DNA of 64,000 nt from Chlamydiales bacterium (GTDB lineage: Bacteria > Chlamydiota > Chlamydiia > Chlamydiales > JAAKFR01): assembly GCA_022601535.1 (NCBI GenBank), contig JAJACK010000001.1, forward strand, positions 281,764 to 345,763, written 5' to 3'. Positions 26,828 to 35,267 of this stretch are shown here, in pieces. The notes below the pieces were generated by a model. The model made no database searches, was not told the origin of the DNA, and saw only the letters and a program-made list of their open reading frames with translations. Position numbers and translations under genes: made by a program. How positions within the stretch are numbered: the stretch's first letter is position 1; each line of letters begins with the position of its first letter.

Positions 26828-27652
26828 ATGATGCATTACGTTATTTTTTTGATCGCTTCTTTAATAGCTCCTATTGTCGAGAGTTACTGGGAATCTTGGG
26901 ATAGTGAAATCCCTATTGAGACCATTGTCGAGATGAAATCCGATGTGATCAATATTGCATTTGGAACTTTTGAACCCGATGGAGAAGGGTATCGAGTGAC
27001 CGGTGTAGAAGCATCGGAGGAAGACCTTTCAAAACTTGTCGACCTCGCTCATCAAGAAGAGAAAAAAGTGAAACTTTCAGTTGGAGGTGCAACCTACGGG
27101 CTCTCAGGGATCTTAAAGACGGGCGAAGATGCAAAAGAGATGGCACTTGCCCTGCACGACTATGTGAAATCCCACAATCTAGATGGAGTCGACTTTGATA
27201 TTGAAGACTATCCAAAAGCTGAGTTACAGACCCATTTAATTGCTCACACACGCGTCCTTTTAGGAGAAGATGCTTTGATCACCTACACCCCCAAAGCCCC
27301 CTCTTCCACCACTCTCCCCTATAGAGAGGTGATCGAGCAAAGTTATGCTGATCTCGATGGAATCAATATCATGGCGTATGACGCTTATTCAGGCTATAGC
27401 TATAAAGATGATGCAAAAGGTTTGTATGATTTGGGTGTTCCACGAGATAAAATCGTGATCGGTTTGATGCCTGGGCTCGATGATATTGGAGAGATGACAA
27501 GCCTCAAGCAAGTTAAAGAGGCTGCTGAATATGTTGTCAAAGAAGGACTCGGTGGAATCATGATCTGGGATTTAAATCGTGATCATAAAAATACCACAAG
27601 CTTGGGTGTGGATGCCTCAACAGAGGCGGTTTGGGCGATTTTTACTCGCTAA
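26828..27652 (+). CDS. glycoside hydrolase family 18 protein (small, class III chitinase/hevamine-like)
   Basis: Catalytic DxxDxDxE motif present as LDGVDFDIED. Also YWESW near the N-terminus and GGIMIWDL near the C-terminus. Hydrophobic N-terminus. Start is ambiguous (TTG 26819, ATG 26828 or ATG 26831). Confidence 0.7.
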   Translation: MMHYVIFLIASLIAPIVESYWESWDSEIPIETIVEMKSDVINIAFGTFEPDGEGYRVTGVEASEEDLSKLVDLAHQEEKKVKLSVGGATYGLSGILKTGEDAKEMALALHDYVKSHNLDGVDFDIEDYPKAELQTHLIAHTRVLLGEDALITYTPKAPSSTTLPYREVIEQSYADLDGINIMAYDAYSGYSYKDDAKGLYDLGVPRDKIVIGLMPGLDDIGEMTSLKQVKEAAEYVVKEGLGGIMIWDLNRDHKNTTSLGVDASTEAVWAIFTR

Positions 27653-27710
27653 TAAAAAACGCTCTCCTGTATTGTAAACATTACAGAAATGCGATTAATG
27701 GGAACTAGCG

Positions 27711-27965
27711 ATGAAAGACTTTGTAGCTTATATTGTTAAGAATTTGGTAGACAATCCAGACAAGGTTGTTATCAATGAAGTGGGTGGAACACACACTGTG
27801 ATTTTAGAACTTTCCGTTGAAAAATCCGATATCGGAAAGATCATTGGGAAGAAAGGAAAAACGATCAACGCAATCCGAACGTTGTTGATGTCTGTTGCTA
27901 GTCGCAATGGAATCCGTGTCAATCTTGAAATTCTCGAAGAAGAGAAAAAAGAAGAGCAGGAATAA
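27711..27965 (+). CDS. KH-domain RNA-binding protein (UPF0109/YlqC family)
   Basis: LV..IV..LVD.PD.V.I.E........I.L.V...D.GK(I)IGK.G.T..AIR.L matches KhpA/YlqC-type proteins. Confidence 0.8.
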   Translation: MKDFVAYIVKNLVDNPDKVVINEVGGTHTVILELSVEKSDIGKIIGKKGKTINAIRTLLMSVASRNGIRVNLEILEEEKKEEQE

Positions 27966-27969
27966 AAAA

Positions 27970-28042
27970 CGGACCGAGCAGGATTCGAACCTGCGACCAC
28001 CCGCTTAGAAGGCGGGTGCTCTATCCGCTGAGCTATCGGTCC
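27970..28042 (-). tRNA. tRNA-Arg (anticodon UCU)
   Basis: Acceptor GGACCGA/TCGGTCC, D-arm GCTC-AGCGGATA-GAGC, anticodon stem CCCGC/GCGGG with loop CTTCTAA, T-arm GCAGG-TTCGAAT-CCTGC. Confidence 0.9.
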
Positions 28043-28087
28043 AAAAGGATCCTTTGATCGTACACAGAAATTTGGTATATTTCAAGC

Positions 28088-28468
28088 ATGAACATCTTAC
28101 TCCCTTTTTTGATCGTATTATCTGGTTGTGTTGCCAAAGGAGCAGCTCCAGAAAAAGGGATCTCCTCCCGCTACTATGTTGTCTCCTCAAATTGGGGAGA
28201 GTACCGAAATGGAAGCTTGAGATTCTATGGAATTGAGAGTGAAGTTTCGATTCACGATGACAATGAAAGAGGATCGACTACCTTCACCCTATTTATCGAT
28301 GAAAAGCAGTATGGAGAAAAGGGGGTTCTCGTCATCCACGACCATCGATTCCCTCTTAAAATCAAAAGTTTACGATATAATCCATACAATCACTGGCTCA
28401 CTCTTGAGCTTGAGGATTCCCCTTTTAAAAAGCCTCTAAGATTTGGCAAATCGACCCTCTATCTATGA
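28088..28468 (+). CDS. lipoprotein of unknown function
   Basis: Lipobox LIVLSGC at residues 9-15. 126 aa. ATGA overlap with folK. Confidence 0.55.
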   Translation: MNILLPFLIVLSGCVAKGAAPEKGISSRYYVVSSNWGEYRNGSLRFYGIESEVSIHDDNERGSTTFTLFIDEKQYGEKGVLVIHDHRFPLKIKSLRYNPYNHWLTLELEDSPFKKPLRFGKSTLYL

Positions 28469-28863
28469 AGCTCTGTTTTGTTGCCCTCGGTGCCAATTTA
28501 GGCTCTCCTGAAATGACACTGAAAAAAGCAATTGCTCTTATTGAGGCACACCCTAAAATATTTTCTTTTGTCTGTTCAACTTTTCATCAGACAAAACCGG
28601 TCTCAGAGATCGAGCAGCCTGACTTTATCAATGCTGTGTGTCGTTTTGAGTGCACTTTATCCCCAATTGCGTTATTTTCTTACCTCGAGGAGATTGAGAA
28701 AAAATTGGGGAAGGTAAAAAAGCCCAAAAATGCCCCTCGGATGATCGATCTTGACTTGATCTTCTATGGAGATCTGATCTCTAAAAGTCGAGATTTAACC
28801 ATCCCTCACCCTCGTTGGAAAGAGAGAACATTTGTAATACGCCCTTTGGCAGAGCTTTTATGA
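28465..28863 (+). CDS. folK: 2-amino-4-hydroxy-6-hydroxymethyldihydropteridine diphosphokinase (HPPK)
   Basis: VALGANLGSP, QPDFINAV, IEKKLGK......PRMIDLDLI and IPHPRWKERTFVIRPLAEL are HPPK signature blocks. Confidence 0.8.
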   Translation: MKLCFVALGANLGSPEMTLKKAIALIEAHPKIFSFVCSTFHQTKPVSEIEQPDFINAVCRFECTLSPIALFSYLEEIEKKLGKVKKPKNAPRMIDLDLIFYGDLISKSRDLTIPHPRWKERTFVIRPLAELL

Positions 28864-29645
28864 TTATTGTATCAGGTCCTTGTGTAATTGAGAGTGAGAA
28901 AGCTGCGATGGAAGCTGCCGAATGGCTTGTCCGTTTCTTTGAATCTCTTCCGGTCTCCTTTATTTTCAAATCGAGCTATGACAAAGCCAATCGCTCCTCT
29001 ATCTCTTCTTTTAGAGGGCCTGGCCTTGAAGAGGGGCTCAAAATTTTAGAGAAAGTCAAAACGACTTATGGTGTCCCTATTTTCACCGATGTCCACTCTC
29101 CACAAGAGGCGTATGAAGCCGCCGCTGTTTGTGATGTGATTCAAATTCCGGCCTTCCTCTGCCGACAAACCGATCTTTTGGTTGCAGCTGGAAAAACAGG
29201 AGCAACGGTCAATATCAAAAAAGGGCAATATATGGCTCCCTGGGATATGGAACATGTCATTGGCAAAATCACCTCCACAGGGAATGAAAACATCATGCTC
29301 ACCGAAAGGGGAACCTCTTTTGGTTATAACAACCTTGTGAGTGATCTACGCAATATTCCTCTTATGCAAAAATTTGGCTATCCCGTTCTTTTTGATGCGA
29401 CACACTCTGTTCAGCTCCCCGGAGGATTGGGCAACCAATCTGGCGGCGACCGTCAATTTATTCCAACCCTCTCTGCAGCCGCAATTGCCGCTGGCTGTGA
29501 TGGCATCTACGCCGAAACACACCCCAACCCTAAAGCTGCCAAATGCGACGCTGCCTGTATGCTCCCCTTTGACCAACTTTCTAAGCTCGTTGACCGATGG
29601 CTTGCACTCTATGAGGTCTCTCATCCATGTTCAAGTCTCTCTTAG
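28860..29645 (+). CDS. kdsA: 3-deoxy-8-phosphooctulonate (Kdo-8-P) synthase
   Basis: GPCVIES, FKSSYDKANRSS, FRGPG, IPAFLCRQTDL, NIKKGQ, ERG.SFGYNNLV, DATHSVQLPG. Start ATG 28860 forms an ATGA overlap with the folK stop. Confidence 0.9.
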   Translation: MIIVSGPCVIESEKAAMEAAEWLVRFFESLPVSFIFKSSYDKANRSSISSFRGPGLEEGLKILEKVKTTYGVPIFTDVHSPQEAYEAAAVCDVIQIPAFLCRQTDLLVAAGKTGATVNIKKGQYMAPWDMEHVIGKITSTGNENIMLTERGTSFGYNNLVSDLRNIPLMQKFGYPVLFDATHSVQLPGGLGNQSGGDRQFIPTLSAAAIAAGCDGIYAETHPNPKAAKCDAACMLPFDQLSKLVDRWLALYEVSHPCSSLS

Positions 29646-30457
29646 TTTTCTCTCTCACATGTCTTATGGTAGGATGGGTCACCTTTCACCCTCACCTGAC
29701 GGATGACGAAGAATTTGCCGATCTGATGCACAGTAGCGATCCATCGAGCCGTGTAGAAGCAGGAGGACTTGTCACCTATCTTCAACAATTTCGGGAAGGA
29801 GTAAGCAAAGAGATCGTTCTCCACAACCAACCGATTGCAAGGTGTGTCATCAAAAGTAACGCATCTGAACTCTTTCTTTTCAACCAAGCGGGTCAATTTG
29901 AAGCTGTTGAAGAGTTTGATGCTGTCCATGTCGTTGCAGCAGATGATACAATCGATGCAAAAAATGCGTGCTACAACTACAACACACAGATTCTCACCTC
30001 AGAAAAGACAACAGTGGTCCACCAAGAGACTGTGATCCGCTCAGATGAAGCGCAATATGATGGGAAACAGATCATCCTCACAGGCAATGTTGTTGCCAAC
30101 AGCTACATGGGAGATTTTTGTTCTGATCAAGCGATTGTCGATCACGAAAAAAATGATGGAAAGATCCACGCCTCTAAAATCACCCTCATCGGCAATGTAC
30201 GGATGGTGAATGGAGAGAAAACACAATACGCTCTAGCCGATCATGTCGAATACTATCCAGATGAGAAAATGATGATTTTTGAATCTGAAGAGCGGGTTCT
30301 TTTCTATGACAAAGAGAAACAGATGCAACTATCAGCGAAAAAAGTGCGTGCAAAACGTGATGGAGAAGATGAAGTGCAAGGGTATGGTGATGTCCACTTT
30401 TTCTTCGGAGCAGATGAACTTGAAAATTTAAAAAAGCAGTTTAAATGGAACTCTTAA
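29627..30457 (+). CDS. LptA/LptC-like (OstA-fold) periplasmic LPS transport protein, tentative
   Basis: N-terminal signal/anchor (LLVFSLTCLMVGWV). Repeated 'A D...Y......I.L.GNV' strands (EAQYDGKQIILTGNVV; ITLIGNVRMVNGEKTQYALADHVEYY). Sits between kdsA and lptB. Confidence 0.5.
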   Translation: MFKSLLVFSLTCLMVGWVTFHPHLTDDEEFADLMHSSDPSSRVEAGGLVTYLQQFREGVSKEIVLHNQPIARCVIKSNASELFLFNQAGQFEAVEEFDAVHVVAADDTIDAKNACYNYNTQILTSEKTTVVHQETVIRSDEAQYDGKQIILTGNVVANSYMGDFCSDQAIVDHEKNDGKIHASKITLIGNVRMVNGEKTQYALADHVEYYPDEKMMIFESEERVLFYDKEKQMQLSAKKVRAKRDGEDEVQGYGDVHFFFGADELENLKKQFKWNS

Positions 30458-31167
30458 ATATCAAAGAGCTAAAAAAACGGTACGGAAAGCGAACTGTTGT
30501 CGATGGTCTCACTCTTACCCTTGGAGAAGGAGAGATCGTTGGCCTTCTCGGCCCCAATGGTGCGGGGAAAACAACAGCTTTTTACATGATGATGGGATTG
30601 ATTCGTCCTGATGAAGGGTCGGTCATCTTACGTGATGAAGAGATCACCCACCTTCCGATCGACCAAAGAGCCAAGCTTGGAATGGGTTACCTTGCTCAAG
30701 AACCTTCAGTCTTCCGCAACCTTACTGTTGCCGACAATATTCTCTGCATCTTAGAAACCCTTCCTCTTACAAAACAAGAGCGGCTTACCCGTCTCAAAGA
30801 GCTTCTATCCGAGCTTAATCTCGAGAAACTTGCCGATAAAAAAGCGGCTTCCCTTTCAGGTGGAGAGAGGCGGCGGCTTGAAATCACCCGTGCCCTTGTG
30901 ACTAATCCCACACTCCTTCTGCTCGACGAACCATTTGCTAATATCGATCCAATCGCCATCCATGAAGTGAAACAGCTCATCCGTCTCCTCTCTAAGAAGA
31001 ATATCACGACGTTGATCACTGACCACAATGCACGGGAAATTTTCTCTGTTGCAACCCGTTGCTACCTGATGCGTGATGGAAAAATCTTCCTCTCCGGAAG
31101 CAAGGAAGAACTCATTTGCCACCCAGAAGCAAAAGAGTTCTACCTCGGGAACCATTTTCAAGCCTAA
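30445..31167 (+). CDS. lptB: LPS export ABC transporter ATP-binding protein LptB
   Basis: Walker A GPNGAGKTT, Q-loop, signature LSGGERRRLEI, Walker B LLLLDEPFANIDP, and the LptB-type tail (EEL...P.AKEFYLG). Confidence 0.9.
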   Translation: MELLNIKELKKRYGKRTVVDGLTLTLGEGEIVGLLGPNGAGKTTAFYMMMGLIRPDEGSVILRDEEITHLPIDQRAKLGMGYLAQEPSVFRNLTVADNILCILETLPLTKQERLTRLKELLSELNLEKLADKKAASLSGGERRRLEITRALVTNPTLLLLDEPFANIDPIAIHEVKQLIRLLSKKNITTLITDHNAREIFSVATRCYLMRDGKIFLSGSKEELICHPEAKEFYLGNHFQA

Positions 31168-32138
31168 ACGTGAGAAACCTTCTTCTTAACCTCCAGTGCA
31201 GCCTTAATCATTTGAGGGATTTCTTTTCCTAGCTTTAACCCCTCAAATTTTTCCCCTTTGGCTGCAGCATCTAAAATAGCATTATAGTCACACCATTTTG
31301 CTCGGCTAATTTCAGCTTCAGAAGGCTTAAGCTCTTGCTCTCCATGGTTGCTAATAAAGAAACCGAAGCTCTGGTTGATGGCAGGAGCAAATGGATTGTT
31401 TGGGAATTCCATTTGACCAAGAAGCGGTGCATGTTTAACTACCTCTTGTAGAACTTTCACTCCTGTTTCTTCTTCTAACTCACGCTTCGCAGCCTCAAGG
31501 GGTGACTCACCAATATTACAACTTCCACCTGGAAAATTCCATCTACCTTGTCTACCTTGATTCTCTACAAGTAATACTTTCCCGGCTAATCGATCGATGA
31601 GAACTGCAGTGGCTCCAAGGTTGTGGGTTGCTCCAGGAGGAATTGTACACTCTTTTTTAGGATTCAACCAGAGCCAACATCTTGTTTGATTTGTTTGAAT
31701 ATCCGCAATGAGACCAGATGGTTTTGACATTTGAGGTAGAGTTTCTTCTCCAGATAGAGTCATATCCAATGTAGATTCACCTACTGTGAATGCTTCTGGT
31801 AAAATACGACCCATCGTTGTAACTGGAACTGGATTTTTAAAATTCACCCAAAGAGAGTCAACAGTTTTATTTGGCTGACCTGGTAAAGCTTCATCAGCAG
31901 TTTTATTTAGCTGACCTGGTAAAGCTTCAATTGCTGTTCTAGCAGCGTCCCACACTCTTTGCTCAAGACTTCCTGCATTGTTAACATGGAATCCACCATA
32001 CTTATCCATACAAACTGAAACTTCATCTGCAACAACCATGTATGTAGTAGGATTCTTCTCTCTTTCTACTTCACTTATCACTGCATCAGTTCCATAAATA
32101 CCCTTTAAAAATTGGTGTGCGACTTCTACTACTGCCAT
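31164..32138 (-). CDS. NUDIX hydrolase with an about 170-aa N-terminal extension of unknown function
   Basis: NUDIX box GGSCNIGESPLEAAKRELEEETGV (GX5EX7REUXEEXGU). AGGAGA SD before the ATG. The N-terminal part contains a 12-aa tandem duplication. Confidence 0.8.
   Translation of the reverse strand: MAVVEVAHQFLKGIYGTDAVISEVEREKNPTTYMVVADEVSVCMDKYGGFHVNNAGSLEQRVWDAARTAIEALPGQLNKTADEALPGQPNKTVDSLWVNFKNPVPVTTMGRILPEAFTVGESTLDMTLSGEETLPQMSKPSGLIADIQTNQTRCWLWLNPKKECTIPPGATHNLGATAVLIDRLAGKVLLVENQGRQGRWNFPGGSCNIGESPLEAAKRELEEETGVKVLQEVVKHAPLLGQMEFPNNPFAPAINQSFGFFISNHGEQELKPSEAEISRAKWCDYNAILDAAAKGEKFEGLKLGKEIPQMIKAALEVKKKVSHV
31862..31933. repeat. 36-bp tandem duplication (2 copies) inside the NUDIX gene
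   Basis: cagttttatttGgctgacctggtaaagcttca recurs 36 nt later with one internal mismatch (G to A). It encodes EALPGQLNKTAD / EALPGQPNKTVD. Confidence 0.85.
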
Positions 32139-32659
32139 TGCTTTCTCCTTGATTTACAAAAATTGATAAATAATTCTTTCCCATACTCTGTTGCGATTGA
32201 ATCGGGATGAAATTGGACGCCAACGTAGGGTAACTCTTTGTGTGCAATGCCCATGATCAGCCCCTCTTTTGTCCAAGCTGTCACCTCAAGTGGGTCTTTT
32301 ACATCATCTAAAATCCATGAATGGTACCGATTCCCTAAAAAACCTTGAGGAAGACCTTCAAAAAGCCCTTTCCCCGTGTGATAGATCCGCGACTGTTTAC
32401 CATGACACGGCCGCTCTTTGCGCACTTTTGCCCCAAAATGGTAACCAAGCCATTGATGTCCAAGGCAGATTCCCAATGTAGGTGTCGTGGTAAGTGGCAT
32501 CTTAAAAGAAGCGGGGTGGCCAGGACCTGGACCGATCACATAGGCAGTTGTTGGGTGATCATCCAATGCTTGGATCACTCGAACACGTTCCCCCAGCTGC
32601 TTTAGAGCATAAGAAATATTGTAGGTAAATGAATCGTTGTTATCGATGAGTGTGATCAA
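32129..32659 (-). CDS. class I glutamine amidotransferase, TrpG/PabA-like (anthranilate/aminodeoxychorismate synthase component II type)
   Basis: (M)[13 protein letters not shown] start (TTG codon), nucleophile elbow GICLGHQ, and C-terminal GVQFHPDS. No TrpE/PabB partner in the window. Confidence 0.75.
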   Translation of the reverse strand: MITLIDNNDSFTYNISYALKQLGERVRVIQALDDHPTTAYVIGPGPGHPASFKMPLTTTPTLGICLGHQWLGYHFGAKVRKERPCHGKQSRIYHTGKGLFEGLPQGFLGNRYHSWILDDVKDPLEVTAWTKEGLIMGIAHKELPYVGVQFHPDSIATEYGKELFINFCKSRRKQWQ

Positions 32660-33758
32660 GGGCCTTCCTCAAGCAAGCAGTGTCTACCGTGATATCGGCA
32701 TCTTCAATCGGTGAATCAGTTGTATCAAAAATATGGGTGTAGTTGAGGCCAACTGCAGAGGCAATATGCCAATAACAAACATTGACATAGTTTTTATGGA
32801 AAAATTCGATGACAGAGGCTTGAGGGTTGCAAAAAACAAGATGGGAAAGGCCTGCTCCATGTGCTGAAACCACCGATTCTGCTGAATGGAAAAGAGCCAT
32901 CTGCTCTAGTAAGGGGAGTTTTGTTAGAACAACTTTTTCATACCCTAAAGGTTGCAAAAGCTCCCACACCTCTTTTTCATTGGTCACCCGCCTCGTTTTA
33001 ACATCTTCTCTTGATATGTAAAGCCGCTTTTTTTCCCTTTTTTTAGGAAGAAGAGGGAGAAAAAGGGTGCGAAGAGATGCACATGAACGGGGTGTAGGGA
33101 TGTTTAAAACAGAAGTTGTTGTGACCTCAGATGCGTAAACCGCATCGTAGAGCGATGCATCGATCACGGTTGGAAGCTTTAACAGTTTTACGGTCTCTCG
33201 TTGAAAAGGGTGGGATTGATCGATGTAAAGCGGACTGTTTTTGTCGATAAGTTCAAGACGTGGCAAGATTTGATACATCCAATGGTAAAATCCTCCTTGC
33301 CAGGCCGCGGTGAGAGAAGTTATCCCCTTTTTCATTTTTAAGACTTTTGGAAAAAACCTCGAACTACTGAAATAAAACAACTTATGACTTGATATTTGCC
33401 TTTCTCCTGCAAATGTCAAGTGTGTAGTGATGAGTTTCCCTCTGGAGGTGAGTGTCCCTCCTGTTGCTGTTGCAATTCCATTTTTCACGACTAAAATAGT
33501 CTCTTGAGGAGAGAGAGTTTCTCCAGCAGCAACCTGAAACCGTTTATTTCGGTAGGTTTGATAACTGATAGGAGGGGGGCAGTTAAATGTGGATGAGGGG
33601 ATGACCTCTTTTATTTGACCATCCATCTCCGTCACGCCAGAGGGGATTCCCAAAAGGGGGTAACTCTTTGAGCGGAGGCAAAGGCTCGATAGAGTTGCCC
33701 CTCCTTTTTTCACTCCATGACGTAGAAAACGAACTGTTTTAGACAGTGACGATTTCAT
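32640..33758 (-). CDS. glycosyltransferase family 61 / DUF563-type protein
   Basis: Central [16 protein letters not shown] and C-terminal [15 protein letters not shown] blocks resemble the GT61 (DUF563) signature. Confidence 0.6.
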   Translation of the reverse strand: MKSSLSKTVRFLRHGVKKGGATLSSLCLRSKSYPLLGIPSGVTEMDGQIKEVIPSSTFNCPPPISYQTYRNKRFQVAAGETLSPQETILVVKNGIATATGGTLTSRGKLITTHLTFAGERQISSHKLFYFSSSRFFPKVLKMKKGITSLTAAWQGGFYHWMYQILPRLELIDKNSPLYIDQSHPFQRETVKLLKLPTVIDASLYDAVYASEVTTTSVLNIPTPRSCASLRTLFLPLLPKKREKKRLYISREDVKTRRVTNEKEVWELLQPLGYEKVVLTKLPLLEQMALFHSAESVVSAHGAGLSHLVFCNPQASVIEFFHKNYVNVCYWHIASAVGLNYTHIFDTTDSPIEDADITVDTACLRKALDHTHR

Positions 33759-34164
33759 GCGGCTTGAAGAAAAAGTCTATCTCAAATTTTGCTGTTTCAG
33801 GTGCATCTGATCCGTGTACGGCATTTGCATCGATCGATTCGGCGAAGTCAGCACGAATTGTTCCAGCTTTTGCTTCTTTGGGGTTGGTCGCTCCCATTAC
33901 ATCTCGGTTTTTTAAAATCGCACCCTCTCCTTCTAAGACAGAGATCACAACGGGGCCTGAGATCATAAATTCGACGAGATCTTTGTAGAAAGGACGCTCT
34001 TTATGGACGGCATAAAACCCTTTGGCTTCTTCCAAAGAGAGGTGTTTCATCTTACAAGCAACAACACGAAGTCCTGCTTTTTCAAAGCGGGCGATCACTT
34101 GCCCAATCACAGCTTTCTTCACTGCATCGGGTTTAATAATGGAAAGAGTTTTTTCTACAGCCAT
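33739..34164 (-). CDS. ndk: nucleoside diphosphate kinase
   Basis: [15 protein letters not shown], active site [15 protein letters not shown] 6 nt upstream of ATG 34162-34164. Confidence 0.95.
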   Translation of the reverse strand: MAVEKTLSIIKPDAVKKAVIGQVIARFEKAGLRVVACKMKHLSLEEAKGFYAVHKERPFYKDLVEFMISGPVVISVLEGEGAILKNRDVMGATNPKEAKAGTIRADFAESIDANAVHGSDAPETAKFEIDFFFKPHEIVTV

Positions 34165-34222
34165 GGGTTCTCCTATTTTAGGCACTTATTCTATGCCCTT
34201 TGAGGATTACATTCAACTGCTT

Positions 34223-34777
34223 TTATAAGGAGAGAGCTGTCGAGATGAGGGCTGATAAGTTGTCTGGATCGACCATCTCAGACGCTTTTTTCACAGCTTT
34301 TTCTGCGCTCGAGCGGCTCATCCCTAAATTCATCAAAGCTTGCAACGCTTCATTTACGGTCTTTTTCATGGGGGTTTTAGAAAATTGCTTCCCTTTCAAG
34401 TCGATCAACACTCTTTCTGCTGTCTTCTTTCCAATCCCTGGAACACGTGCCAATGCTGAGGCATCTTCTGTTTCTACCACTGTTGCAAGCTGATCGGGGG
34501 GAAGGCGGCCGAGAAGATTGAGCGCTGTTTTAGGGCCTACTCCTGAGATGGTAATGAGAAGTTCGAAAAGATCTCGCTCCTCTTTGGTCGCAAAACCAAA
34601 CAATGTTTGTGACTGTTCTCGAACAACCCATGAGGTGTAGAGCAACATTTTTTCGCCAATTGGAACTGTTCCAACTAAACTGACAGGGACGAGGAGTCGA
34701 TAGCCAATTCCCCCAATTTCGATGATGGCCGCTTCGCCATCTAGTGAGATCACCGTCCCTTTAAAATAGTCATACAC
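34223..34777 (-). CDS. ruvA: Holliday junction branch migration complex subunit RuvA
   Basis: (M)YDYFKGTVISL...IEIGGIGYRL, HhH motifs ISGVGPKTAL and VPGIGKKTAERV. The GTG at 34775-34777, preceded by GAAGGTG, gives the canonical N-terminus. An alternative ATG lies at 34804. Confidence 0.85.
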   Translation of the reverse strand: MYDYFKGTVISLDGEAAIIEIGGIGYRLLVPVSLVGTVPIGEKMLLYTSWVVREQSQTLFGFATKEERDLFELLITISGVGPKTALNLLGRLPPDQLATVVETEDASALARVPGIGKKTAERVLIDLKGKQFSKTPMKKTVNEALQALMNLGMSRSSAEKAVKKASEMVDPDNLSALISTALSL

Positions 34778-35267
34778 GTTGGCACCTTCTACTTTTAGCT
34801 GCATGGAAATGGCAGATCGCCAATGCAAGTGCATCGGCAGCATCTTCTGGCGTTGGCAAGGTTGAGAGGTGGAGCAAATGTTTAATCATTTTCTGCACCT
34901 CTTGTTTACTTGCTCGTCCTGTTCCTGTGACAGCACTTTTTACCCGCGTTGGAGAGTACTCGAAAATGGGGATTTCACGCAAAGTTGCTGCTAAAATTGC
35001 CATTCCTCGAGCCATTCCCAATTTCATAGCGCTACTGACATTTTTACTCACATACTGTGTTTCTACAGAGCACTCTGTAGGATTGTACTTGTCAATGATC
35101 GAACAGAGTCCTTCAAAGATCACGCGGTAGCGGGTCGAGAGGGGTTCTTCTCTTGGAGGGCGAATACAGCCAAAGTCAAGCGGCTTGATCGATACCCCAA
35201 CTTTGATCACACCAAAACCTGTGACAGCTGTCCCTGGGTCGATGCCGAGAATAATTTTATCCTTCAA
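34770..35267 (-). CDS. ruvC: crossover junction endodeoxyribonuclease RuvC
   Basis: IILGIDPG...TGFGVI, ...VETQY..KN, and DAADALALAICH at the C-terminus. TTG start. Confidence 0.9.
   Translation of the reverse strand: MKDKIILGIDPGTAVTGFGVIKVGVSIKPLDFGCIRPPREEPLSTRYRVIFEGLCSIIDKYNPTECSVETQYVSKNVSSAMKLGMARGMAILAATLREIPIFEYSPTRVKSAVTGTGRASKQEVQKMIKHLLHLSTLPTPEDAADALALAICHFHAAKSRRCQRV

Noticed and set aside
27141-27156. TGGCAC-N5-CTGC, a sigma-54 promoter-like string
   Set aside because: It lies inside the GH18 coding sequence. The -12 element is CTGC rather than TTGC, and no downstream gene start follows. I found no convincing TGGCAC-N5-TTGC elsewhere by eye, though an exhaustive scan needs software.
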